Assembly (NCBI GenBank): GCA_963781595.1
Contig: CAWAGG010000001.1
Location: 22,775 to 86,774, forward strand
Source of the DNA: an uncultured Actinomycetota bacterium
GTDB taxonomy: Bacteria; Actinomycetota; UBA4738
Direction: 5' to 3'
Length of the DNA stretch: 64,000 nt
Part shown: one piece after another, positions 49,338 through 59,432 of the stretch
Layout: the number at the start of each line of letters is the position of its first letter
Numbering within the stretch: position 1 is the stretch's first letter
Made by a program: the position numbers and the translations under genes
Notes under the pieces: model-generated
The model's database searches: none
Told to the model about the DNA's origin: nothing
The model's input: the letters and a program-made list of their open reading frames with translations, nothing else

Positions 49338-50225
49338 ATGCCTGACGATGAGCGTTCGACGACCGGCGGCGACGCGAGCTTCGCGGACCGGCTCTGGTCC
49401 CTGCTGCGGCACGGCACGACCGCACATGTCGCCGTGTACCGCGCCACCGACGGACGCGTCGGCGGACGATTCCCCGGAGCCCCGCCGATGCTGCTGCTCC
49501 ACCACGTCGGGGCGAAGACCGGAACGAGCCGAACGACGCCGCTCGCTTACATCACGGACGGCGACGCCATCGTCATCGTCGCCTCCAAGGGCGGCCATCC
49601 CAACAACCCGGCGTGGTTCCACAACCTGGTCGCGAACCCGGACACGGTGATCCAGATCGGGTCCGAGACGCGCGCCGTCCGTGCGAGGACGGCCGACCCC
49701 AAGGAGCGGGCCCGCCTGTGGCCGGAGGTCGTCGCGGCGTACAAGGGGTACGGCGATTACCAGCGCAAGACGGACCGCGAGATCCCGCTCGTGATCCTGG
49801 AGCCGCGCACCCCCGTGCCGCGCGACCAGCTGCGAGACGAACAGCGGGTCGGTCCTGCGTCGGATCTCCCGCCGGGCACCGTGACCGGCGCCGGGCGGTG
49901 GGCGGTCGGGAACGCGGACGGGCGGTACTTCGCCGTCAGCCGGCGGTGCCGGCACCTCTACGCGGACCTGGCGAGCGGCCGCATCGACAAGCGCGACGGT
50001 TGCCTGGTCTGCCCGTGGCACGGGGCGAAGTACGACGTCACCACCGGCCGGATGGTGCGCGGCCCACAGGCCGGCTTCGAGAAGGTCCCAGGCCTCGACG
50101 CCGCGTACGAGGCGCTCACCCGGGTCGTGCCCCTCGCCCGCGGTCGAGTCGTCGAACGGGACGGGATCCTGTTCGTCCGGGAACGCCGATCGGAGGATGG
50201 GACGGATGAGCACGCAGGCGGGTGA
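49338..50225 (+). CDS. Deazaflavin (F420)-dependent Ddn-family oxidoreductase fused to a Rieske (2Fe-2S) domain
   Basis: N-terminal GAKTG.SRTTPL, VASKGG.NNPAWFHNL, YQRKTDREIP; C-terminal CRH...CPWHG. Confidence 0.85.
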   Translation: MPDDERSTTGGDASFADRLWSLLRHGTTAHVAVYRATDGRVGGRFPGAPPMLLLHHVGAKTGTSRTTPLAYITDGDAIVIVASKGGHPNNPAWFHNLVANPDTVIQIGSETRAVRARTADPKERARLWPEVVAAYKGYGDYQRKTDREIPLVILEPRTPVPRDQLRDEQRVGPASDLPPGTVTGAGRWAVGNADGRYFAVSRRCRHLYADLASGRIDKRDGCLVCPWHGAKYDVTTGRMVRGPQAGFEKVPGLDAAYEALTRVVPLARGRVVERDGILFVRERRSEDGTDEHAGG

Positions 50226-51576
50226 AGCGGTCGACGTGATCGGCGAGGTCACCGAGCTCCTGCAGCACCTGATCCGCAACGGATGCGTGAACGACGGCAC
50301 CGCAGCATCCGGCCAGGAGGTGCGCAACGCCGAGCTCCTCGCCACGTACCTCGGCGGCACGGGCCTCGACCTCGAGCGGTACGAGCCCGCTCCGGGGCGA
50401 GGGAACGTCGTGGCCAGGATCGAGGGGAGCGACCCGGCCGCCCCGACCCTGCTCCTGATGGGCCACATGGACGTCGTGCCCGTCAACCCAGACGGGTGGC
50501 GGAACGACCCCTTCGGTGGCGAGCTGATCGACGGGGAAGTCTGGGGCCGGGGCGCGGTCGACATGCTGAACGAGACCGCCTCGATGGCCGTGGCGTTCAA
50601 GCGCCTGGCACAGAGCGGGTTCCGTCCGAGGGGAACCCTCGTGTACCTCGGCGTCGCCGACGAGGAGGCACTCGGAACGTACGGCGCCGCGTGGCTCCTC
50701 GAGCACGAGCCCGACGCGGTCCGAGCCGACTACGTGATCACCGAGTCGGGCGGCTTCGCGATGCCCCTGCCGTCGAGGTCCGGCGGCGTGAAGCTCCCGG
50801 TGATGGTCGGCGAGAAGGGCGCGTTCTGGGCGCACATCCGCGTGAAGGGAACCCCGGGCCACGGTTCGATGCCGCTGCGAACCGACAACGCGCTGGTGAA
50901 GGCGGCGCGGGTGGTCGGACGGCTCGCGGAGTTCCACCCGCAGACCCAGATCGGTGAGATCTGGCAGGGCTTCGTGGAGGCCGCCGACCTCCCGGACGAC
51001 CTCTCGGAGATGCTCATGGACCCTGCGTCGCTCGATGCGTTCGTCGCCTCCGAGGAGACCGACATCGGCCTCGCGCGCATGATCCACGCGTGCACGCACA
51101 CGACGATCGCGCCCACGATCGCGCACGGAGGCGTGAAGACGAACGTTATCCCCGACCGTGTCGACCTGCAGGTGGACATCCGAACGCTCCCCGGCGAGAC
51201 GGACGACGACGTCCGCGCGATGCTGTTCGAGGCGATCGGCCCCGAGCTGGCGCACGACGTGGAGATCGTCGCCGACGCCTCGAACCCGGCGAGCGCCTCC
51301 CCGATCGAGACGCCGTTGTGGGATTCGCTCGCGAAGGTGAGCGGCGCGCTCGTGCCCCTCGCGTCGACGGTCCCGTTCATGCTGGTCGGCGCGACGGACG
51401 CCCGCTTCTTCCGGTGGGCCGGCGTGCCCTCGTACGGCTACGGGCTGTTCAGCGACCGGATCTCGTTCGCTGACTTCGGCTCGATGTTCCACGGTGACGA
51501 CGAACGGATCGACCAGGAGTCGCTCGGCCTGTCCGAGGCGCTCTGGGAGGGGGTCGCGCGCGACTTCCTCGGGTGA
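50206..51576 (+). CDS. M20 family metallopeptidase/deacylase
   Basis: GHMDVVP, GRGAVDML, ADEE, GHGSMP, GATDAR, HGDDERI. Confidence 0.92.
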   Translation: MSTQAGEAVDVIGEVTELLQHLIRNGCVNDGTAASGQEVRNAELLATYLGGTGLDLERYEPAPGRGNVVARIEGSDPAAPTLLLMGHMDVVPVNPDGWRNDPFGGELIDGEVWGRGAVDMLNETASMAVAFKRLAQSGFRPRGTLVYLGVADEEALGTYGAAWLLEHEPDAVRADYVITESGGFAMPLPSRSGGVKLPVMVGEKGAFWAHIRVKGTPGHGSMPLRTDNALVKAARVVGRLAEFHPQTQIGEIWQGFVEAADLPDDLSEMLMDPASLDAFVASEETDIGLARMIHACTHTTIAPTIAHGGVKTNVIPDRVDLQVDIRTLPGETDDDVRAMLFEAIGPELAHDVEIVADASNPASASPIETPLWDSLAKVSGALVPLASTVPFMLVGATDARFFRWAGVPSYGYGLFSDRISFADFGSMFHGDDERIDQESLGLSEALWEGVARDFLG

Positions 51577-51745
51577 GGTGAGCGGACGAGGACACGCGTG
51601 CCGGAGCCAGCCCGAGAAGGGAACCGGGGTCACGCTCGAGCTGCCCGCGCCACGGTAGGCCGTTCCGACGAGCCGGAACGGCGGTGCGGGTTGCGTCGAA
51701 GGGCTACAGTCCGGACCGCCTTCCGGCCGATGCTCTTCCCGGAGC

Positions 51746-52900
51746 GTGGACTCGCGAAGAGATCATCGGCCGGGGAGGTCGCCTGACGGCGACGGGTTCC
51801 GCATCCTCACGGCGACGTTGGCCGGATCGCCCGATGCCGTGTCGTGCTGGGAGCGCCAGGACGCACGCGACCTGCGGCTCATCCGCGCGAACGACCGGTT
51901 CCTGAGCCTGATCGCCATCGAGGGCTCTCCTCCCGCGGCGGCTCCGCCCATCGACGCCGTCCCACCCCTGCCGCCGCACGGCGTCGTGCTCCTGCATCGC
52001 GCGTTGGACTCGGGCGAACCGGTCACCCTGGACGGGTGCGCGGTTCAGATGCCCGGCGGCGGGATCCGCCGCTTGGACATCACGCTGACGCCCGCCGAGG
52101 GCACCGCGCACCCGACCGTCGTCATGACCATGCGCGACGTGACGCGCATGCATCAGCTCGAGGCCATGAACCGGATCAAGGACGAGTTCGTCGCGAACGC
52201 GTCGCACGAGCTCCGCACGCCGCTGACCGCGGTCCTCGGGAGCCTCGCCACGATCGCTCGCGGCGCGGATCTGCCCGACGAGGTCCGTCGGGAGCTGCTG
52301 GACGCGGCCGAACGACAGGCCCGGCGGCTGGGAGAGCTCCTGGAGAACCTGCTCGCGGCCTCGCGGCTGGCCGGCGCCGAGCCCGCCGTCGCGACCGAGG
52401 AGGTCGACGTTCGGAGCTTCGTCCACGAGATCGCCGGCACGCTCCGCTCCCGGGCTCCCCACCGGACCATCCGGGTCCGGGTGACCGGCACGCCGGTCGT
52501 CACCAGCGACCCGACGCTGCTGTACCGGGTCCTGTACAACCTCGGCGACAACGCGCTGAAGTACTCGGACGGCCCCGTCGCGCTCGGAGCGCGCGTCGCC
52601 CGAGGCGCGGTCCGGATCGACGTCGCGGACCGCGGCATCGGGATCGGCGACCAGGATCTGACGAGGATCTTCGAGCGCTTCCAGCAGCTGGGCGGGTCGG
52701 GCGCGCGGCGGGTGGGCGGGGTCGGCCTGGGCCTGTACCTGTCCAGCCGGCTGGCGAGCGTCCTGGGTGGGCGGATCGACGTTCGGAGCGAACCCGGCGT
52801 CGGATCCACGTTCACCCTGATCCTGCCGGTCCAACCTCAGATGAGCTTGCTGGATCTGAGCGGCGACGACGAACTGCAGGAGGTAGCGACCTCGACGTAG
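51746..52900 (+). CDS. Cytoplasmic sensor histidine kinase (PAS-like + HisKA + HATPase)
   Basis: SHELRTPL, NLGDNALKYS, DRGIG, GVGLGL, GSTF. Confidence 0.9.
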   Translation: MDSRRDHRPGRSPDGDGFRILTATLAGSPDAVSCWERQDARDLRLIRANDRFLSLIAIEGSPPAAAPPIDAVPPLPPHGVVLLHRALDSGEPVTLDGCAVQMPGGGIRRLDITLTPAEGTAHPTVVMTMRDVTRMHQLEAMNRIKDEFVANASHELRTPLTAVLGSLATIARGADLPDEVRRELLDAAERQARRLGELLENLLAASRLAGAEPAVATEEVDVRSFVHEIAGTLRSRAPHRTIRVRVTGTPVVTSDPTLLYRVLYNLGDNALKYSDGPVALGARVARGAVRIDVADRGIGIGDQDLTRIFERFQQLGGSGARRVGGVGLGLYLSSRLASVLGGRIDVRSEPGVGSTFTLILPVQPQMSLLDLSGDDELQEVATST

Positions 52901-52933
52901 GGCTCCGGTGCCGACGTGGACTTCGGCGTCGAA

Positions 52934-53920
52934 CTAGACGGCGAAGCGAACGTGCATCACGTCGCCCTCTCGAACCATGTAGTCCTTGCCCTCCACGCGC
53001 AGCAGGCCCTTCCCCTTTGCTTGGTCCCAGCCACCGGCGCCCACCAGGTCGTCGTAGCCGACGACCTCCGCGCGGATGAACCCCCGCTGGAGGTCCGAGT
53101 GGATCACGCCCGCCGCCTCCGGCGCGGTCGCTCCCGAGCGCACCTCCCACGCGCGGGTCTCGTCCTCCCCGGTGGTCAGGAACGTGATCAGGTCCAAGGC
53201 CCGGTAGGACGCGGCCACGACGGATCCGAGGCCGGGCTCGTGCACGCCGAACTCCTCGAGCAACGCCCGCGCGTCGTCCTCGGGCATGCCGGCGGTCTCC
53301 GCTTCGATCTCCGCCCACACCCCGACCGCGCCGTCGGGCAGGCCGTCCGGGATCGCTTCGCCCTCCTCCAGGTTCGCCACGACCACCACCGGCTTCTGCG
53401 TCAGCGGTGCGATCCCGCGCAACGATCGCAGGGCCTCCTCGTCGAAGGCGCCGTCGCGGATCGGACGCTCCTCCGACAGTGTCGCCAGCGCGCGCTCGAG
53501 CGTCTCCACCTCGAAGGCCGCCTCCTTCGCGGTGGGGCCCTTCATCCGCTTCCGCGCGCCCTCCAGCGCCGACTCGACGACCGCCAGGTCCGCCAGGATC
53601 AGCTCCGCGCCGACCTCCGCGAGGTCCGCCGCCGGGTGCCGATCCGCCCCGAACGCCCGGACCACGATGCACAGCGCGTCCGACTCCCGAAGCGCCGCCA
53701 CGGCCTGCGCGCTGGTCCCGCCCGGCACGTCGGTGAAGCGCACCTGTGCGTGCACGCGCTTGCGGGATCGCTCCATCCCCGAGAGCACGTCGATCCGCGG
53801 GTCCGGGACCGGGACGACGGCCTGATTCGCGCGACCGCCCGCCGCGCCGGCGTGCGTCAGTGCCGTGAACAGCGTGGACTTCCCCGAGTACGGGAGCCCG
53901 ACCAGGCCGACGTCCTTCAC
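52934..53920 (-). CDS. ychF: YchF-family P-loop NTPase (DUF933), atypical
   Basis: GLVGLPYSGKST, VPVPDPR, LITFLTTG, APEAAGVIHSD, GFIRAEV, EGKDY..EGD. Confidence 0.85.
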   Translation of the reverse strand: MKDVGLVGLPYSGKSTLFTALTHAGAAGGRANQAVVPVPDPRIDVLSGMERSRKRVHAQVRFTDVPGGTSAQAVAALRESDALCIVVRAFGADRHPAADLAEVGAELILADLAVVESALEGARKRMKGPTAKEAAFEVETLERALATLSEERPIRDGAFDEEALRSLRGIAPLTQKPVVVVANLEEGEAIPDGLPDGAVGVWAEIEAETAGMPEDDARALLEEFGVHEPGLGSVVAASYRALDLITFLTTGEDETRAWEVRSGATAPEAAGVIHSDLQRGFIRAEVVGYDDLVGAGGWDQAKGKGLLRVEGKDYMVREGDVMHVRFAV

Positions 53921-54027
53921 GTTCGATCTCCTCTCCGTGTTCCCTTGGACGAACCGGGCCGGCCCTCGCGGCGATCGCACGGATCTACGCGCCGCGGGAA
54001 CGCCGACCTCGGCTACGATGATGGCCG

Positions 54028-54594
54028 ATGAGCACCCGACCGTGCGCGCGCTGCGGCACCCGCATCGCCACCGACCAGTACCTGTGCGCCGACTGCCGCG
54101 AGGAGCGGCCGCTCGTGAGCACGCCGGCAGCGGGCGCTTCGGCGGAGGGCGCCTCGACCACGGATCCACCGACGATCCGGCCCGTCGCGCCGGCCGGCCG
54201 CACCCTGTGGCGGGGCCGGCCGATCGCCCGCGGGATGGTGCTGCCCAGCCGCACCCAGTACCACGGCACGATGTTCGGCTTCATCGCGATCGCGGTCGCG
54301 ATCACGATGGCGGCGGCGGTCCTGGTGAACAAGGGCGTCGGGCCGTTCATCGTGACGCAGGTACATCCGAGCGGGTCGAACGGCGTCGTGGCCGTCGCGG
54401 GCCTGGTCCGCAACGGCGGGAACCACGCCGGCCGCGCGCGATGCGTGGCGACGTGGACGAACACGCAGGGCGGCCGCCAGCAGAGCGGCGTCGTGCAGAC
54501 CGGGCCGATCGAGCCGCAGCGGTCCGTCCAGGTGTCGATCCCCCTCACGAACCTCGTCCAGGCGCCGGACGACGTCGGCATCGACTGCAAGTAG
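54028..54594 (+). CDS. Zinc-ribbon single-pass membrane protein
   Basis: CARC...CADC, one TM, Cys-containing beta-rich C-terminal domain. Confidence 0.65.
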   Translation: MSTRPCARCGTRIATDQYLCADCREERPLVSTPAAGASAEGASTTDPPTIRPVAPAGRTLWRGRPIARGMVLPSRTQYHGTMFGFIAIAVAITMAAAVLVNKGVGPFIVTQVHPSGSNGVVAVAGLVRNGGNHAGRARCVATWTNTQGGRQQSGVVQTGPIEPQRSVQVSIPLTNLVQAPDDVGIDCK

Positions 54595-54601
54595 GCAGCC
54601 C

Positions 54602-54625
54602 CGGAAGCCCCCCGGGGAGCTTCCG
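54602..54625. terminator. Hairpin between convergent genes
   Basis: CGGAAGC...GCTTCCG stem with inner CCC/GGG pairs; no U-tract. Confidence 0.4.
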
Positions 54626-54630
54626 CCCCA

Positions 54631-57439
54631 TCAGTGACGGTGGAAGTCGATCCGCTCCTCGCGGTGGAGCCTGACGAACGCCTCGACCACGCGCGGATCG
54701 AACTGCGTCCCCGAGGACAGCTTCATCCTGCGGATCGCCTCCGACTCGGCCAGCGCGTCCCGGTAGGGACGGTCCGTCGTCATCGCGTGGAAGGCGTCGC
54801 ACACGAACACGATCCTCGCCTCGAGCGGGATCTCCTCGCCGGCCAGGCCATCCGGGTATCCCTTCCCGTCCCAGCGCTCGTGGCACGCCCGGATGATCGG
54901 GCGGATCGGCTGGAGGAACGGGACCGGCGCCAGGATCTGTTCGCCGATCTCGGGGTGCAGGTTCATGATCCGGCGCTCCTCGGCCGTGAGCGGTGACGGC
55001 TTGCGGATGATCTCGCTGGGGACGCCGATCTTGCCGATGTCGTGGAACAGCGCCGAGATCTCGAGCCGCTTCAGCTCGTCGCCCCCCAGCCCGAGCTCGG
55101 CGCCGACGGTCAGCGACATCTCCGCCAGCGCGCGCGCGTGGTCGCTCGTGTACTCGTCCTTCGCCTCGAGGGCGTTCGCCAGCGCCTCGATCGTCGAGAC
55201 GTAGGTCCGTTCCAGCTCGGCGTACCGCATCGCGTTGCCCATCGCGAGCGACGCGATGTCCGCGATGCCGCGCGCGAGCCGGATCTCGCGTTCGCTGAAT
55301 CGATGTCCCGGCGCGAGCCCGACGACCGCGATCAGGCCGACGCCGTCCGGGTCCCAGCGCATCGGCGCCGCCAGCGTCGGCCTCGGCGGGTGGAACGTCC
55401 GGTACTGGCGAGGCACCTTGCGCAGTGCCGACGCCGGGATGACGAACGGCTCGGTCATCGATCGCATGATCGACTCGGCCACCTCCGCGGGCGCGCTCAT
55501 GTCGGTCAGCGAGTCCGCCATGTCCTCCCCGTAGCCCAGGTGCGCCACCATGCGGTACCGGCGATCCACGTCGAGGACCCATGCCTCGGCGACGGCGCAC
55601 CGGATGAGCCCCGGGATCGCCGCCAGCGCCTGCTCCCAGATCGATGTGGCATCCCGCGCCTGGGTCAGCGCCTCCGACAGCTCGAGCAGGGCGCCGGAGA
55701 CCTCGGCGGACTCGCGTTCGTTCTGGAAGAGGCGCGCGTTCTCGATCGCCACCGCCGCGTGCGAGGCGAGGACCTCGAGGAGCCGGAGGTCGCTCAAGTC
55801 GAACTGGTCGATGCCCAGCTTCGACAGCGTGACCGTGCCGGTGACACGGTCTCCGAACGCCATCGGCACGCACAGGATCGATTCGTCGATGTCGATCGTG
55901 CCGGGGAGCAGCACCGAGAACTCGCAGGTCGTCGCGTTCGGCGCGTAGAACGGTTGCCCGGTCTCGGCCACCCGACCGGTGATCCCCTCGCCCATCTTCG
56001 TCACCAGCGCGTCGAAGGTCTCGCCCCGGTACTCGAGCGAGCTCCCCGCGGAACGAAACCGGGAGCAGGGTCTCGCCGTCGGGCTGGAGGAGGTGGACAC
56101 GGCAGTTGTGGTAGTCGATCAGGCTGCGCAGCTCAGCGGTGATCGTCTCGCTGATCCGCTGGACGTCGTTCAGCCGGTTCAGCTTCTGCGACAGGCTCTG
56201 GAGCATCTTCAGGTGCGCGACCGACCGCAGTTCGTCGCCCAGAGCCAGGTCCGCGGGCCGCGGTCGCGCGGATCCGTCGGGCGGCGCGGACCGGGCGCTC
56301 CCCGAACGGCGCTGCGTGGCCTTGGGCGCTACCTGGTCGTGGCCCCACACGGTGATCCGGTCCTTGCCCGCCGCCTTCGCCTCGCGGAGCGCTGCATCGG
56401 CGCATGCGACCAGGTCTCGCGCCGCCGAGGCCTGGGCCGGACCCTCGGCGATCCCCACGCTGATCGTCACGCTGCCCGCGTCGGTGACCGTGACCGCGCC
56501 GACGACGCAGCGGAGGCGCTCGCCGAACGCGGCGGCCCCGACCCCGTCCACCCCGGGCAGGATGATGGCGAACTCCTCGCCCCCCACGCGGCACGCGATG
56601 TCCCCCGGCCGGCAGATCTCGCGCGACGCGGCAGCGACCCCCTGCAGGACCTGGTCGCCGACGAGGTGCCCATAGGACCCGTTGACCCGGCTGAAGTCAT
56701 CGATGTCGTAGAGCAGGAGGCTGACCGGCGCCTTGCGCAGCGACGCCCTGCGGAGCTCCTCCGCGAGTCGTTCGTGGAAGAACCGGTGGTTGTACAGGGC
56801 CGTGAGGTGGTCGGTGACCAGCTCGCGTTCGAGGCGCTCCCGGATCTCCGCGTTGTCGATCGCGAGGGCCGCGAGCCCGCCGAAGCGGATCGCGCGGGCG
56901 AACTCGTCCTCGTCGAAGACGTTCCCCTCGCCGAGCCGGTACAGGCAGAGCACGCCCTTCAGCTCGTCGCGCGCGACCAGCGGGATCGTGATCAGCGACT
57001 CCGGTTCGTCCGGCGTCCCGTCGATCTGGACCGCCCTGGGGTCGATCATGACCTCGCGGATCAGCTGCGGTTCGCCGGTCTCCGCGGTCCACCCCGTCAG
57101 CCCCTGGCCGAAGGCCATCGGACCCATCGCCAGGATCTCCTCGGCCCACTTGTCACGGACGAGGACCGGCCGCAGGACCCGCAGGGGGAGGTCAGCCCGG
57201 TAAACGGTCAGCGTGTCGTGGGGGACGATCTCCCGAAGGCCGTCCGCGACGGCCTCGAGCACGCGATCCAGCGAGCCCTCGGACACGAGCAGCTGCGTGA
57301 TGTCCCCGAGCAGCCGGTCCGTCGATCCGTCGGGGTCACGGGGTGTGGGTGCGGGGACGCCCTGGACCTGCACGCTGCGGAGCGGGCGATCCGCGCCGCT
57401 CTGCGTGGCTCCGGCTCCGATCGAACGACGCTGTCCCAT
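54631..57439 (-). pseudogene. GAF-GGDEF-GAF-HD-GYP c-di-GMP enzyme, frameshifted near 56040
   Basis: Frame 1: DHLTALYN, DIDDF, GGEEF; frame 2: FHDIGKIG, HERWDGKGYPDGL; switch at a GAGC duplication (56035-56042). Confidence 0.85.
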
Positions 57440-57674
57440 CCGGTCGTCTCCCTCTCGGGCATCCGCCCCGCCCCGCGGGGCCGTACCTGTCGATTCACAG
57501 GCTCCCGTATTACATCGGTCGTCCTCCCCCGCATCAACAACGGAAGGGACCGAAAGGCGGATGCCATATACGGACGAAACAGGATATCTCCGGCTGCGGT
57601 TCGTGGCTTGCAACCGTGGCGAGGTCGTTCGCCGTCGCGACGGGAGGGTCGTGATGCTGCGATAGGCTTCAGGC

Positions 57675-58607
57675 GTGATGGACCCTCACGTCCGGTTCGA
57701 CGGCCACCCCGCGCTCGAGCACCCCGCGCTCGTGTGCGCGTTCCACGGCTGGAACGACGGCGGCGAGTCGGCCTCGGTCGCTGCCCGCTACCTCGGTGAG
57801 CGCTGGGGAGCCACGCGGTTCGGGTCGATCGACCCCGAGGAGTTCTACGACTTCCAGGTGAACCGACCCACGGTACGGCTGGAGGACGGCGTGACCCGCG
57901 TGATCGAGTGGCCGGACGCCGCGTTCGCCGCCGCCTCGCCGCCGGGGCGCGACGTGATCTTCCTCACCGCGCCGGAGCCGAGCGTTCGGTGGCGATCGTT
58001 CACCGAGGCCGTCCTCGACGTCTGCCGCGAGTTCCGGGCGGACCTGCTCGTGACGCTCGGGGGATTCCTGGCCGACGTGCCGCACGACCGGCCGGTGCCG
58101 GTGGTCGGTTCCGCGCGCGACGGGCCCGAGGCCGAGCGGCTGGGGCTCACCGACTCGCGCTACGAGGGGCCGACCGGGATCCTCGGCGTGCTCCACGACG
58201 CGGCGAACCGCGGCGGCCTGCGTTCCGTCAGCCTGTGGGCCGCGGTTCCCCACCACCTCCCGGCTGGTCCGAACCCCAAGGCCGCGCTGGCGCTCGTCGA
58301 GCGGGCGTGCGCCGTGCTGGGGACCCAGGTGGACACCGACGACCTCGAGCTCGCCGTCGGTCGCTGGGAGCGAGGCGTTGCCCGGCTGCTCGAGGAGAAC
58401 GACGACCTGCGCGAATACGCCTCCGGGCTGGGGCGCGAGGCCGACGATGGGGACGATGAACGCACCCTCGACCCGTCGGGGCAGTCGTCCTTCGGATCGC
58501 TCGCCGACCTCGGGATCGAGCAGATCCCCTCCGGCGACGCGCTCGCCGCCGAGGTCGAACGCTTCCTGAGGGATCAGCCACCGCGCGACCCCGGCGACGA
58601 CGGCTGA
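57675..58607 (+). CDS. PAC2 family (proteasome assembly chaperone-like) protein
   Basis: AFHGWNDGG, FYDFQVNRP, LADVPH, YEGPTGI, WAAVPH. Confidence 0.9.
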   Translation: MMDPHVRFDGHPALEHPALVCAFHGWNDGGESASVAARYLGERWGATRFGSIDPEEFYDFQVNRPTVRLEDGVTRVIEWPDAAFAAASPPGRDVIFLTAPEPSVRWRSFTEAVLDVCREFRADLLVTLGGFLADVPHDRPVPVVGSARDGPEAERLGLTDSRYEGPTGILGVLHDAANRGGLRSVSLWAAVPHHLPAGPNPKAALALVERACAVLGTQVDTDDLELAVGRWERGVARLLEENDDLREYASGLGREADDGDDERTLDPSGQSSFGSLADLGIEQIPSGDALAAEVERFLRDQPPRDPGDDG

Positions 58608-58637
58608 CGGTCGACGGGCGGGACGCGGGAAGGACCC

Positions 58638-59423
58638 ATGGGCGAGCGAGCCACCGAGCGGCACCTGGTCGCGAGGCTCTCCGGGCGCAAGGCCCCGTTG
58701 CGGCCGCACGAGGGCCCGCTCGCGGACGCGGACACGAAGCGCCCGAGCGCGAAGAGCGGGGCGCTGCGCGCCGGGGTGTTCGGCGTCAACGACGGACTCG
58801 TGTCGAACCTCTCTCTGATCATGGGGTTCACCGGCGCCGCCGCTGACAATCAGGTGGTGCTGCTGGCCGGCATCGCCGGCCTGCTGGCCGGGGCGTTCTC
58901 GATGGGCGCGGGCGAGTACGTCTCGATGAAGGTGCAGCGGGAGCTGTTCGAGCGCCTCCTGCACATCGAGGCCCACGAGCTCGCGACGATCCCCGAGGAG
59001 GAGATGCGCGAGCTCGCCGAGATCTACGAGCGGAAGGGGTTCCCGAAGGAGCTGGCCGAACAGGCCGCGCGCGTCGTGATGGAGGATCCGGAGGTCGCGC
59101 TCGAGACCCACGCCAGGGAGGAGCTCGGGCTCGATCCCGATGACCTGGGGTCACCATGGGGGGCGGCGATCTCGTCGTTCCTCACCTTCACGCTGGGCGC
59201 CGCCATCCCGCTCCTGCCCTTCGTGGTCGGCTCCGGGACGGCGGCGGTGATCGCCGCGATCGCCATGAGCGGCGTGGCGCTCTTCGCGGTCGGCGCGGCG
59301 ATGTCGCGGTTCACCGGCCGTTCGCCGATCCTCTCCGGCCTGCGGATGCTCGTGGTCGGCGCGCTCGCCGCCGGAATCACCTACGCCGTCGGGCATCTGC
59401 TGAACGCCAGCGTCGGCGTCTGA
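58638..59423 (+). CDS. VIT1/CCC1 Fe/Mn transporter
   Basis: LRAGVFGVNDGLVSN, SMGAGEYVS, HAREELG. Confidence 0.93.
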   Translation: MGERATERHLVARLSGRKAPLRPHEGPLADADTKRPSAKSGALRAGVFGVNDGLVSNLSLIMGFTGAAADNQVVLLAGIAGLLAGAFSMGAGEYVSMKVQRELFERLLHIEAHELATIPEEEMRELAEIYERKGFPKELAEQAARVVMEDPEVALETHAREELGLDPDDLGSPWGAAISSFLTFTLGAAIPLLPFVVGSGTAAVIAAIAMSGVALFAVGAAMSRFTGRSPILSGLRMLVVGALAAGITYAVGHLLNASVGV

Positions 59424-59432
59424 ACCCCGTAC

